A DNA stretch of 64,000 bases from Podarcis pityusensis. Taxonomy: Eukaryota. The notes under the pieces were generated by a model that saw only the letters and a program-made list of their open reading frames with translations, was not told the origin of the DNA and did not search any database. The first letter of the stretch is position 1. Each line of letters starts with the position of its first letter. Positions 13,774 through 26,392 of the stretch are shown in pieces. Location of the stretch: NCBI GenBank assembly GCA_964106645.2, contig OZ067038.1; one strand, 5' to 3'. Position numbers and translations under genes: made by a program.

Positions 13774-14469
13774 CAGACCCTCCAAGTGTCACTATTTTCC
13801 AGGACATGGCTGGATCTACAGAATTCAGTTTCTGATTTGATATTGGAATGTCCCGCTTTTCCTTTGGACGTCCCTATTATCGGAGAAATGTTGGAGGGTA
13901 ATTGAGTTATGCGACCCCTGAGCCAAGAAGATAAGTAACTATACAACCTTTAAAGGTAAAGGGACCCCTGACAATTAAGTCCAGTCGCGAACAACTCTGG
14001 AGTTGCAGTGCTCATCTTGCTCTATAGGCTGAGGGAGCCAGTGTTTGTCTGCTTCCACAGACAGTTTTTCCGGGTCATGAGCAGCGCACGGAAATGCCGT
14101 TTACCTTCCCGCTGGAGTGGTACCTATTTATCTACTTGCATTGCGTGCTATCGAACTGCTAGGTTGGCAGGAACAGGGACCGAACAACGGGAACTCACCC
14201 CGTCATGGGGATTCAAACCGCCAACCTTTCGATTGGCAAGCCCAAGCTGCACAGTAGTTTAACCCACAGCGCCACCTGCCAACCTTTGGAAGACATCTAA
14301 AGGCAGCCCTGTATAGGGAAGTTTTTTAAATGTTTTATTATGTTTTTATATGTCGGAAGCCACCCAGAGTGGCTGGGGTAACCCAGTCAGATGGGCAGGG
14401 TATAAATAATAAAAATTATTATGAAATAGGACGTCCCTATTTTCATCGGAAAAAATGTTGGAGCGTATG
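13774..14469. mobile_element. Composite hAT-like non-autonomous element containing an L2-like 3' tail, interrupted by a Sauria SINE
   Basis: Ends cagaccctccaa...ttggagcgtatg; internal repeated ggacgtccctatt...aatgttggag; L2-like tail at about 14290-14420; related sequence at 28619-28900. Confidence 0.55.
13952..14279 (-). mobile_element. Sauria SINE (Squam1)
   Basis: Reverse complement of the 9911 family; TSD CAACCTTT at 13944-13951 and 14280-14287. Confidence 0.9.
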
Positions 14470-15859
14470 TGATGATGAATCACAATAAATCATAATAATG
14501 CCCTCACCCATGTGTGAATTTCAGTGCCAAAAGCTGAACATTTCCTTCCCCCCCCCCCGTCCCCCCGGATTCATAGACATTATGCACAAGACATCTCTAG
14601 TCAATGAATCTTCAGTCAGATCTAGTTCAACCAAGATGTATCATGAATATTAAGACAAGAGATGGATGAGGTTTGCCTTCCTCATGGAATTGCTGAGTTT
14701 ATTTGCCCCCATCCAGGCATGCACCCCCCCAAAAAAAACTCCCACTGCAGTAGCCTTTGGAAAATACGCAACTCTCGGTGACTACCAGCTCTTTTTGCAC
14801 ACTTAAAGAGGAAGGGATTGGGGGGGGGATCTCTTCTTCCCTTTTTAATGCCACTTCTGCTGTGGTCCAAGTCCAATAAGCAGGTGTTTTCAAGAGAAGG
14901 ACCAGTTCCAGACACACCATGTATTCAGTCTCTTCTGATGACACCACCCCATAATGCATATCAACTAGATAGATCCACACATTTGGGGAAATGGGGCATC
15001 TGAAAACAACTCCAGCCTCAGATTACTCTGGCAGAGGATGAGTAAATCACAGATTATTCAGAATGTGATCTTATACCGATTCCCTATAGAAATGAATTCT
15101 TGATGGTGTGGGCTTGTTGACGCTGCTGTGCTGTTCTTATAAATTAGACCAGGTGAAAAACATTGGGGCTATTTCACCTCTGAGGCAAGTTGACATGATT
15201 CAGTGGAGCTCCAAATTACAGCAATGAAAAGTGATTCCACATGTGTAACTTTCAGGTTAAATTTACAATGCTATAAAGGAGATTTTTAATAATATAAATA
15301 AACTTAAATCCCTCAACCTGCTGTTTTTTGGCCAGGGGGAATGAAGCCCAATTCATTTTCAATGCCATCCAGAGTACATAGCCCCTCAGCAAAGGCACTC
15401 TGGGTAACTTTAAACTTTTTTTTTATCTTTTGAAGTATTTGAGTCTGTTACTAAAATATTTAGATAATTTATCACCATCTGCACTTGGGAGAGATACTGC
15501 CTAAGAAAAACTGAGAAGAAGCCAAGAGGGATTGTTGAATCTCACAAAACTAGCATTTAGCAGAGAACTGCTAAAGAATTTACAGTCAAGATGGATTGGC
15601 AAAAACTTTCCTCCATTCAGGCAGGCATGAGTTGAATTGGTTCCATGTGCTTATTTTTTGGTGACTATTTCCAGATACCATGTCAGTGAGAAGCACCTGC
15701 TTGTCTTGATCACCCAGAGCAATGCAGAAGAAATCCAATATCATCTAATTTGTCCAGTAACCTAGATCAGATGGGGAAAATAGCTGCAAATTACCGGCAA
15801 GGAGGGACTTACTTTGCATTATTCAATATCAGTTACCTCTCTACACAACAGCAAGTATA

Positions 15860-15862
<3 letters not shown>

Positions 15863-15931
<69 letters not shown>
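15863..15931. repeat. Compound microsatellite (CT)n(AT)n
   Basis: Seen directly. Confidence 0.97.
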
Positions 15932-16956
15932 ATTTACAGGGGTAGCCAATGTGGTATCATGCCTGTGTTATTGGACTACATATCTCATTATCAACGGCCA
16001 TGGGGACTGGGGCTGCCAGGAGTTGGAAGAAGATTCCCTACCCCTTCTATTTAGCAATTATGTAAGGAAAGAGGAAGAGTCTCCTCCTAACAATGGAAGA
16101 AGAATGATTACCATGTCCTATGGAGGAAGGAGAAAACCATATCCTGTAAGTACAGATGGGATGAGGAGAGCACAAAAAATACAAGCATTGAATTAAAATG
16201 ACAGATAAACCCATAGCATGCTCCCAAAGTAGTTGGAATGTCATGGAGGTTTCTGTTCATGTACCGTATATGACGGAAGGCAAGGTATCTATTCGTTTTC
16301 TAAGTAGATGAGTGTTAGAAATGTGGCCAGATTCTTAGGAGTGTCCTGGATACAGGCTGTTTGTACAAAGTACTCTTTTCTGTGCAAAATACCCTTTCAC
16401 CTTGTTTATCATTACTAAAATTCCTCATCCTGAGCTCTAAGTTTACATGGCATAGGGACAGAGAGCTATAGATGTATGCTGCAAACCCCCATCAACTTAG
16501 TATTGGTCTTTTTGTGTGGGGTTTATATAGTGGTGGTGCTGTACTGTGACTAGATCTCAACATACACCGTGTTCCATGCTCTCTAGTGACAATGTGGGCA
16601 GCCAGTGTAAAGTTGTGCTATCAGAGAGAGCATGACACAACTCTGTCCTGTTTTAACGGAGTGTTCTGTCAGGGGATCAGTTCTTCTGGAATTCTATCAG
16701 TGGGACATCTGTCAAATCTTTTATCTCATCAGCTGACAGAACCTGATCATAGTATTCTGTCCTTAGAACAAAATCCTAAATACAACCCTCAGAATGGAAC
16801 TTATTCTGAGTAAAGATGTATAGGATTCTGCTGTACCAGAAGGATGTTTCATAGGCCACAGTATTCTATTAAAACGCCTTTATTATCATTCAGCCATTAT
16901 CTCACTGATGTGTCATGGAGGTAGATGAGAATTTAGATTCAGCTCCTATCTTTTAG

Positions 16957-17016
16957 TAAAACCTGCAGTTTCAGTAACTTTACCATTATCTTTGTTAAAG
17001 CTCTGGCATCTTCCAG
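16957..17016 (+). other. Candidate exon B (60 nt)
   Basis: ctcctatcttttag| acceptor, CAG|GTAAGT donor; open reading KPAVSVTLPLSLLKLWHLP. Confidence 0.3.
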
Positions 17017-17199
17017 GTAAGTATTTCCTATTGCAACCATTTCCCTTTCCAGTAAATCTATATACAGTTCAAAATGGCTGATGAATTTGCAGTTTTATAG
17101 AGGTCTTTCTAATTATCTAATTTTTCTCTTGTCGTTTCTCACCCCTGGTAACACTTCTGAGGTTTATCTGTTCAACTTCATGATTTCTTTTTTTCACAG

Positions 17200-17267
17200 A
17201 AAAGAAATTAAGGCCTGAGCTCTCCTTTAATGAGGGCAATGAAGACAAATGGATGGCAAATAATATG
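17200..17267 (+). other. Candidate exon C (68 nt)
   Basis: Strong T-rich acceptor ending ttttcacag|, ATG|GTAAGA donor; open reading KKLRPELSFNEGNEDKWMANNM. Confidence 0.35.
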
Positions 17268-18782
17268 GTAAGAACAATTTCCTAATATAATTTATAGATA
17301 GAAAGGATGGAGTCGCCTCCTTAAAAATACACCTTCATTCTGTTACTTCTATTTTAAGACTTCACGGGAAAAGAATATTGTAAATCCATGTGCTAGGAGG
17401 CCTTGGATAATCATTTATTTTCTTTGGATAAGAGAAATCTTAACTGCAGTAGAATTGAGTAATCCTCCTCCTCCATAAACCTTTTATTGTAGTATACTTC
17501 TGTAGTATTCAGTGAGGGCTACCCTGGGTCAAGTGACCTAACAATTGCAGAACAATGTTTTTCTCATTGAAAATTGTTTTTAGATTGGTTAGAGAGCTCC
17601 TGCTTTATCTACTCTGCAATCTCTGGACGTTAGCAGGAATGGGAGATGGCATAGGGGAGAAACACAGTGCTAGGCCCTGTTTTCTTGGCTTAATAGCAAA
17701 CTGCCAATAGAAAATAGAGTGTGCAGAGTTACCTAGACCTCTGGCATGGCATGGGACGAGTTGCAGATTAAAATAGATGGATGCCTCACTGCCCACCATC
17801 TCTTAATAGTTGGCATTCTTCTTGCTCAGTCCAGACCATTAGGTGGTAATATGGGAGGAACTTGAAACTTCTCAAACCTTTTAACCAATGTACCAGAGAC
17901 TTTTCATTTTTAGTTAAACATCCCCATGTGTAGTTTAGTTAGTACTTTAGTACTTTGGTTAACCCACGGATAGGGACTCCCCTCCCCATTGGTCACACTG
18001 CCTAGGGCTGATGGGAGCTATAGTCCAACACCTGGAGGTCCCCAGATTCTCCTCCTGTGATATAGACATTGATGAACCTATGGAGTCAACTTGAACCTCC
18101 AATGGAGGCTTGCATGGTGACTTTAATTTTAAGCTGTCACAATTTTACAAACGTTAATTAGGAAGTATTACTTTAACACAGGTTTTGAAACAGTCCTGGT
18201 CTCTGCTTGCTCTGTTCTCTGAATAACTCACATTTTGAAAAGTACCTAAAAACTTTATGCAAGGAAACAAATGCAGAACGCAGAAGCTAAAATGCATAAC
18301 TAAAGGATTTGCTTTGTGGTAGGATTTCCAAAAGCAGGAAATGCTTATAGACCACCAGAAAGCTCTGCTAAAAGTGTCCTTTAAAGCATACATGGCTTAA
18401 GAAAATTTAAAATTGGGAGTGGGAAGCTCTTGCAAGCATTAAGAGCATTTGGCGTCACAGATTTCTGGATAGCACACAAATCTAAGTTCCTAGTTTCAGA
18501 ATAATCATGAGCATGCACTGCATTAGTTGTGACCGCCCTGAAATCAAAGCATTAGTTTTGACCTGCTCGTTAATTATAAATGTGGGTCATGCCACATATT
18601 GTTTATTGACCTCCTCAGAATCAATGTAACGTAGATCATACTAATTCAAGGAATCCAGATGGCTGCAGCATGCATGCCCATTGTCTTACCGAGGTGGAGG
18701 GTTGCTACGTGTATTATTTTCTTTTGTGAAATGCTTGCCTGTTCTTATTACTGTAAAATATTGCTTTCGTCTTTTTCTTTAG

Positions 18783-18834
18783 AAGCCCTCTCCCCAGGGC
18801 CATGAGATCTAAGAAGATACTTGATGTGAGGGAG
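18783..18834 (+). other. Candidate exon D (52 nt)
   Basis: ttgctttcgtctttttctttag| acceptor, GAG|GTAAGT donor; in-frame KPSPQGHEI* (TAA 18810-18812). Confidence 0.35.
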
Positions 18835-19508
18835 GTAAGTGTGGGTTTTATTTTTCCTCAGAGCAATGCTCATTTAGAATTCACAGGAAGAACTCAAGGA
18901 GATATTTGCAACTTTTTCCCATCACACAAAGTTAATTTAATTTACTAGGAGTTTGATTTTCATGGCAAGGTACTGAGACACCTGGCATAGTTCTTTCTGT
19001 GATTTAAATTGTATCCACCGGTTCACATGCTATTATTTGCTTTGCTAGTCGTCTTGGTTCACCTACCATATCATGCAACAAAGGGCAATACCTTCCATGC
19101 CTTAAAAAATACCCAGGAATAATTAATCTCCCAAATAGTCCTATATGCTCGTCAGAGAAGAGTTGTTAAACAAATGCAGAAACAAAGGAGGCCTATAATT
19201 AAACTTCACTGAAGGACATTCCTGATATTTTCTGAGCTTCTCTGGGTGCTTTTTGTCAGGCTTTGTCTGTTGCTTTCAGTGCTTTCAGGTTTAGGCAGAA
19301 CTGAATGGAACATTCACATTGCCTTCCAAGCTGTCCTTCCAAGCATTGCCTTCGCAAAAAAAAAAATCTATGTGAGCTGTATTCAACCCACTCAACCTTT
19401 CTTTCTGCTCCATGCAGCCGCCATATGGTGTGACACTTCATCATAACTGCAAAGCTTGTTCTAGGGCAAAAGCTGGGGAAACTTCTTTAGGGAATAATAC
19501 AACGTTAT

Positions 19509-19755
19509 GAGAGCCAGTGTGGTGTAGTGGTTAAGAGCAGTGGACTTGTAATCTGGTGAACCGGGTTTGATTCCCTGTTCCTCCACATGCAGCTGCTGGG
19601 TGACCTTGGGCTAGTCACACTTCTCTGACGTCTCTCAGCCCCACTCACCTCACAGAGTGTTTGTTGTGGGGGAGGAAGAGAAAGGAGATTGTTAGCCGCT
19701 TTGAGACTCCTTAGGGTAGTGATAAAGCAGGATATCAAATCCAAATTCCTCCTCT
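19509..19755 (+). mobile_element. Squam3-like tRNA-derived SINE, full length
   Basis: Head GAGAGCCAGTGTGGTGTAGTGGTTAAGAGC (A-box), B-box GGTTTGATTCCC, CORE-like body, simple-repeat tail. Confidence 0.85.
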
Positions 19756-19984
19756 TATTACAGGTTGGATATTATAGCCCTAAAGTCGGACTGTGATTGT
19801 TCATACTGATAGATTATACTATTCTATTGATTATACTATTCCATTGGATTTCTCCCTGATTTGGATATTATTTTTATTTATTAGATTTGTATACCATTCT
19901 TCATTCGACCATCATAAAATACATAATAAAACAGAAAGAAATGAACAACCCCCCTCCCACAAACACATTTAAAATGCCATAGGA

Positions 19985-20112
19985 CAGTGGTGGCCAAACT
20001 TGGCCCTCCGGCTGTTTTTGGAGCACAACTCCCATCATCCCTAGCTAACAGGTCAGGGATGATGGGAATTGTAGTCCAAAAACAGCTGAAGGGCCAAGTT
20101 TGGCTACCACTG
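19985..20112. mobile_element. Palindromic hAT MITE
   Basis: Whole element is a fold-back (cagtggtggccaaacttggccc...gggccaagtttggctaccactg); 8-bp TSD CCATAGGA at 19977-19984 and 20113-20120. Confidence 0.9.
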
Positions 20113-20488
20113 CCATAGGATGTTAATCAGCCAAAGGCCTAGTTATAGAGAAATGTTTTCACCTGGTGTCTAAACGTATTTAATGAAGGCAACAAACGCA
20201 TTCTCATGTTGCCACCCTTTGGACCTCTTCTGGAGGAGGCACACAAAGAAGGTCCACAGATGATGGTTGCAGGGTCCAAGCTGATTCATATGGGGAGAGG
20301 CAGACCTTGAGGTATTGCAGTCCTGAGCCGTTTAAGTATTAATAGGTTAAAACCAGCACTTTGAATTGGGCCTGGAAACTAATTGGCAGGCAATGCAGTC
20401 GAGCCAGAACTGGTGTAATATGCTGTCTTGCCTCAGTGAGCAATCTGGCCATTGAATTCTGCAACAACCAGCTAATGTTTATGAAGTA

Positions 20489-20656
20489 CCGTATTTTTCG
20501 CTCTATAACACACACCCGACCATAACACGCATGTAGTTTTTAGAGGAGGAAAATCCATAGGCATGCCACCCGTAGGCATTCCCTCCATAACACGCACAGA
20601 CATTTCCCCTTACTTTCTAGGATAAAAAAGTGAGTGTTATGGTGCAAAAAATACGG
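20489..20656. mobile_element. Tc1/mariner-type MITE
   Basis: TIR CCGTATTTTT...AAAAATACGG with TA flanks. Confidence 0.85.
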
Positions 20657-20948
20657 TATCTTCAGAGGCAGCCCTACATATAATGTGCTACAATGATCTA
20701 GGCTTGAGTCAATGAGTTATAGATCTGAGTTAGTTATACCCACTGACTGACTATCATTCAAGAAGATTTTTGTGCTACCAGATTTCTTTTCAGTTGACTA
20801 GGCTCAGCACAGCAAATGCTAAGAATTGGTGGAGAATTTTGGATCTAGAATTACAAGATTCTAAGATACGATATTTAAGAAAATGCATTCACCTGAAGCA
20901 TCAGGTAGAATGTTATCCAAGATGTACATAAATCCTTAAGGTTATAAC

Positions 20949-21404
20949 TGTTGGGGAACTGTGTATGTGCAGCTACTCACACAGAGTCAATTAAGGTTTG
21001 GCAGACAGCCAGAAGGCAATCTGAAGGAGTAAGTCTGCCTGGAGATAACAGAGACATGAAGACAGCTTCCTGATTGGTCAAGCTCTTTCAAGGGAGTGAT
21101 AATTAATGGCCTACTAACTGGAATGTGTTAGTTCAGGAGTTCAGTGTTCAGAGTTCTGTGTATCAGTGTAGGAGTTGAGAGTCGTGTCAGAGAGAGCTAG
21201 CATAAGATCCGTGTTCTGTTCCTGTAAATAGTCCACTGTATATAATAAACACCTAACTACAAGTTCCTGGTTCCTGATTCGTCTATCCTGTCTGCAGCCA
21301 AGTCGCCAATTGCTTCCGTGGATTCTGCTTGTACTCTGCTAGGTCTGGCTAAGGTCCTGCAACTAGTCAGAAAGTTGCGAAACACCAAATAGGTTTTGCC
21401 AATA
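20949..21404 (+). mobile_element. Solo LTR (456 bp)
   Basis: TGTTGG...CCAATA termini, 5-bp TSD ATAAC (20944-20948 and 21405-21409), internal AATAAA at about 21244; second copy inverted at 25083-25528. Confidence 0.8.
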
Positions 21405-22444
21405 ATAACACATGATCTAGAGCGGGGGGGGGGGGGGACGACTGTTTTTTAGATCAAGAGCCACGCTCCCTTAATGGAAACTTTCTGGGGTTAGCACACC
21501 TGTGGTCCTGGGTACCAAAAGCAAAATTTGGTGATGCAACAGGTGTGATTCTTACCTTTGTACATTCCAGTCAGTCAAAATTCAAGGGTTTCTACAAACA
21601 TACACACCACATACACATTTTCCATATTTTATCCAGGCAAGGAAGAAGCATGACCGTACTTCAGTGATGCATTCCAGCCATGCAAAAGCACCTGAGGAAG
21701 GCTGATGAGGGTTGAGGCCTAGGAAGAGTCCCTGGTGGCATAGAGAGAGATCTAGTTATTGCCTTTGGCCTGGGGGTTCCATACCCCTGAATTGAGGAAA
21801 CCTCAGGGGTTTTGACTGTGACATTAACAGAGAGCTGATAAAACAGGCTAACTAAATACAGGTGTAGGTGACTGTATTACATTTAAGCCACTGTTTTATT
21901 TTTCTCCCAACACAGCTTTTGAAGGGGGGGGGGGGGTTGCATGAATATTTGCTTATTTTCCTGTATGGTGCTTTCTAGCACACAAAGATGTGTTCATATA
22001 AGAGAAGACAGATGCATCTCTTTTTAGTATAACACTTCTTGCACGCCAAGTCAGCCAAAAACACCTCCTTGGCTGTTTTTCACAGGTGTTCTAAAAGGAG
22101 ATGTTTTACTAAAAATATACATCATCATCGCCCTGGGCATGTATGCCTCTCCACATGAGATAGAAAGTAAGCCATGCATGAGTGAAACTTTTGGGAAAGA
22201 AGGGCAGTATTAGTAGATCACTTTTCATGAGATTGAGGTTGATGCTATGTTTGAGAGGAATAAGGTAATTTGTACTGGGACAATCATATATATTTCTCAG
22301 GATGAGGTTTGCATAATTGATTCATGTTGAGAAAACAGACATAATCATAATTGCCTAACCAATTCTTGTTGGTAGTTGTATGGAGAGCAGTAGCAACAAT
22401 GTCTATAGAGAATTACCAAATCCTATGACTGGGGGGGGGGGGCG

Positions 22445-22760
22445 GGCATGACAGAGATGTTTAAGATTATTCATGGTGTGGATAGAAAGGAGCTTCTCCC
22501 TCCACTCTCATAATACTAGAACCTTGGCCCAATCAATGTACACAAATGTTGGAAGATTCAGGACAGACCAAAGAGAGTACGCTTTTCACACAGTGCTTAG
22601 TCCAACTATGGAACTCACTCACACAGAAGTAATGATGACTGCCAATATAAATGGCTTTAAAAGAGGATTAGACAAATTCATGCAGTCTAAGGCTATCAAT
22701 GACTACCAATGATTGTCAGAGGCAGTATGCCTCTGTATACCAGCTGCTGGGAATGGCAAG
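22445..22760 (+). mobile_element. Old CR1-type LINE 3' fragment
   Basis: Translation FSLHSHNTRT...GRFRTDQR...NINGFKRGLDKFM resembles the CR1 ORF2 end. Confidence 0.7.
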
Positions 22761-23183
22761 AAGGGAGAATGCTGTTTTTCCCCAGGTCCTGCTTATAGGC
22801 TTCCCCTAGGCATCCATTTGTCTTCTTATGTTCAGAATTGTATTTGGACTTTTATTTGCAGAAATAAAGAGGTGACTGAGAAGGAGGCATTGTTCTGGAA
22901 ATTTGGGAACAGGGGTCTTTTATTTAAAGAAAGAATGGAGTAGTGAAGGGTTGCAGCTTTCTGTTTGATACTGTTGTGGGCATATTTTGATCAGCGAAAC
23001 AAGAATGGGCATTTATGCCTGGATGCAAGACACTGAGGAAATAGAGAACAGTCAAAATTGTACAGGAGACTCTGATAGATATATCATCTTTCCCTCTGGG
23101 CCATTGGAGAGATAAATCTGAAATTTATTCATAATCAAAGCAATTCTGTAGGGAAATAAATGGGTACGAAAAGAAATAGCCTT

Positions 23184-23204
23184 AACAACAACAACAACAA
23201 CAAC
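23184..23204. repeat. (AAC)7 microsatellite
   Basis: Seen directly. Confidence 0.9.
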
Positions 23205-24842
23205 GAGTCAGTAAACACAGAAATTAAGGAAATAACAGATTGTACATTTTATTCATTTATATTAAAGGCCAATCTTAAAAGGAATACCTAGCAAGACCAT
23301 TAACGATGCAGAGCCCTCATTCTGTGATTTTATAGACCCCAAATCATTGCAGCCACTTTTGCTCCATGCAGACAGACTTTAATTTCCAAGCATTCAGAGT
23401 GTACTGCTTGTACATTTTCAAGTGTTTATATGTTAGGAAACCTCATTGTATTCTAAATTGTACACATGTATGGAACCCAGGTGTGCTTGTTGTTGTGATT
23501 TTATAAATATGTGGGGGGGGGGGAGAAGTACTGGGAGAAGTTGCAGTTCTAGATCCAAAATAACTAGCACACCTGGGGTCTATACATATGTGAACAATTG
23601 GGAGATGCATCCTTAAAAATGCACATACAAAAATATATAAAATCCTTATAAAATCATAAGTTTTCCTTAATGGTAAAATGTACAATGCTAATGCATAGCC
23701 TCTCCAATGAACTATTTTAGTGACAATCTATAATAACTGATAAAATCATATATGAAAAAAGTTTTGTGAGGGAGGAGGATAAAAACTACAGTTTTGGTGT
23801 TCTAAAACACAGGGACAGCATCACTTGAAGAAAGCGTGGATTGGGAAGGTTGTGGGACTTTCTAATCCTAATTACGGCTGATACAACTAGATAAATGGAA
23901 CCTCTTGTGTACCAAACAGAAGAACTTGCAATGCAAACACTTCCTTTACTATCCCAGGGATGGCCTTATTACATGTTGTCCCTGTTGCAAAGTTAGAAAA
24001 TAGTAACTCTGTAGAAACCACAAAATTAATGTATCATCATTGTTTCCATTTACAAGCTCCTTCATTTTTTTTCCCTTCAAGACCTTAATTTTAGCACTTA
24101 AATCTTTGGCTACTTTCCTTTAGAGAAATCCCTGGACATACACACTGAAAATGTAATCCTAAGCATTTGTATTGCAGCCAAGAGAACAGGTCATTTTACT
24201 TAAGTCTAAAAATTCATCCTTTAGTCTCCTGGTGTGCATGGATTTTGCAGCACATTAGTTAAAGTCACATATTTTTCAGAGACAAAAAAATAACAGCTTG
24301 TTCTTAAACCACAGCACATTATGGGTTCTTTTAAACAGCAAGAAATATGTGGTTTGATTCATACACAGTTATTTTTTGCAGCTTTGCCAGCATAAAACAC
24401 TTGAGCATGCATCTGCTGGCAAACATTTTGATCTGTTGTAAGAGACAATCAATGAAATGAGTGTCAGAACATTGTTTCCATATTGCTCCCTAGATTACCA
24501 TACCCACTGGCCAAATATTGCAGCCCAAGAGTGGGTGTAAATGTTTATTTTATTTTATTTTAAAATGCATGTCACAAAGCTGCAGAAAGTTTGGCTCTCT
24601 AATGATCTTGCAAAAGTTGTGACATTTCCAAACTGGCTGGTTTTATGAGCAACTACTGTATTGAGGTATTTAGTGTGTGGCAGCCCCGCCTCCCCAAAAC
24701 CCCCACCTTTCTTGGGCCAATAATTACATTATTAGGTACATGAATGAAACAAGTTGTATCTGTTGGGGGAATTGTGCCCATGATTTCACACTCCCTGAGT
24801 TGTTGCCCCTTTCTAACCCCTCAGGAATGGGGTAACTGAAAC

Positions 24843-24983
24843 CAGTCCTTTTTTTCCTTTAAAATTTTTTTAGGGGTACTCTCATTTTCCTACTCATATT
24901 GAAATACTGCCCCAAACTTAGATTCACAAAATGTTTATGGGTATGCATACCCCTGAGTTCCCCCCAGAAAAAAAACAACACTG
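24843..24983. mobile_element. hAT MITE
   Basis: CAGT...ACTG termini with T/A-rich TIR; 8-bp TSD ACTGAAAC at 24835-24842 and 24984-24991. Confidence 0.8.
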
Positions 24984-25082
24984 ACTGAAACCATTAAGTT
25001 GGTAGCACTTGTTGGAAATCATTTTCCTGCATTGTAAAATATCCACTTCAGGATCCCACCACTTCATCTTGCAGCACTGAAT

Positions 25083-25528
25083 TATTGGCAAAACCTATTT
25101 GGTGTTTTGCAACTTTCTGACTAGTTGCAGGACCTTAGCCAGACCTAGCAGAGTACAAGCAGAATCCACGGAAGCAATTGGCGACGTGGCTGCAGAAGGA
25201 TAGACGAAGCAGGAACTAGGAACTTGTAGTTAGGTGGACAGTGGACTATTTACAGGAACAGAACACGGATCTTTTGCTAGCTCTCTCTGACACGACTCAC
25301 AACTCCTACACTCACACAGAGAACTCTAAACCTCTGAACACTGAACTAACACATTCCAGTTAGTAGGACATTAATTATCACTCCCTTGAGAGAGCTTGAC
25401 CAATCAGGGAGCTGTATCCATGCCTCTGTTATCACCAGGCAGACTTACTCCTTCAGATTGCCTTCTGGCTGTCTGCCAAACCTTAATAGACTCTGTGTGA
25501 GTAGCTGCACGTACACAGTTTCCCAACA
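25083..25528 (-). mobile_element. Solo LTR, inverted second copy of 20949-21404
   Basis: Reverse complement aligns end to end with 20949-21404 with scattered substitutions and indels; no matching TSD. Confidence 0.8.
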
Positions 25529-26254
25529 GTTCCATGATTAGGTATGAACTATGTGGAATTATGTCCTTGCCTTATTGGTCTCTTCTGAGTACGGTGCAGG
25601 AACATTTCTACCTCAGCAGCTCTAATGGGCCAGAATGGGCAGGGGATCAGGTACAGCATTTTGTTGATACTGGTACCCTGACAACCTGGTAAACACTTTT
25701 CTGAGTTGCTGTTCCAGTACTGGATTTCATAGGACTGGTCTGTAAGCCAGCCTAACGGTAAATTGCATTGTCTTACAATCTGCTTTCCAGTATCATCACT
25801 GCTTCATGAATCTTCAGTACTCATTTCTTTTTCACCCCCAATCATAAGAGATCCAGCTGTCCCTGGAATTTTTCCACTGAAATTGAGTCAGATCCTTGCC
25901 ATTGTCAATATGTACTTTTGTGAAGGTTTGGAAGAGATTCCTTAAGTGGAATTGGAGGTTTCTAATTTGTATTTTTATATGGCTCATTGTTATGCTAATG
26001 AAATCACAATGAAACAGCACCAGATGCAGTTTTACTGCCATGTACATGGTTCCTATTTCAAGAATATCCCATTGTGCTGAGTGGCTAATTGACTTACAAT
26101 ATGACTGATGAGTGCAGTATGCTTTAGACTCATTTCCAGCAGTTTCAGCTGTTATCACACCATATTTATAGATATTCTGGAAATATATAGGAAGAAATGC
26201 CTGCTGAATTATTAGTAGTCTCCTGCCTATTGTGGTAGTCAATAGAGAGTATGG

Positions 26255-26392
26255 GAACATAGGAGGTTGCCTTATAGCAAGTCAGACCATTGGTCCATCT
26301 AGCTCAGTTTTGTCTACTCTGACTTTTAGCAGCCCTCTAGCATTTCAGACAGGAGGCATTCTCAATCCTACATTGAGATGCTGGGGATTAAA
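26255..26392 (-). mobile_element. tRNA-derived SINE fragment with CR1-like tail
   Basis: gaacataggaggttgccttatagcaagtcagaccattggtccatctagctcag; same family as 46553 and about 28349-28490. Confidence 0.6.

Larger units (their letters stand above)
19870..20700 (-). mobile_element. L2 LINE 3' fragment, host of two MITEs
   Basis: Minus-strand translation near 20340-20400 gives LHCLPISFQAQFKVLVLTY, the L2 ORF2 LHWLP..FK motif; tail at about 19870. Confidence 0.75.

Noticed and set aside
69-16813. Numerous 60-126 aa ORFs in the six-frame track
   Set aside because: Lengths are as expected by chance, many use non-ATG starts or run through SINEs and microsatellites, and none has a recognisable domain
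19509-19590. tRNA gene
   Set aside because: A and B boxes continue into a SINE body; no acceptor stem or terminator, and other copies are present
20949-25528. A single element with long terminal inverted repeats (DIRS, Polinton or foldback)
   Set aside because: The left copy has its own TSD, and the interval contains only unrelated old repeats with no coding capacity
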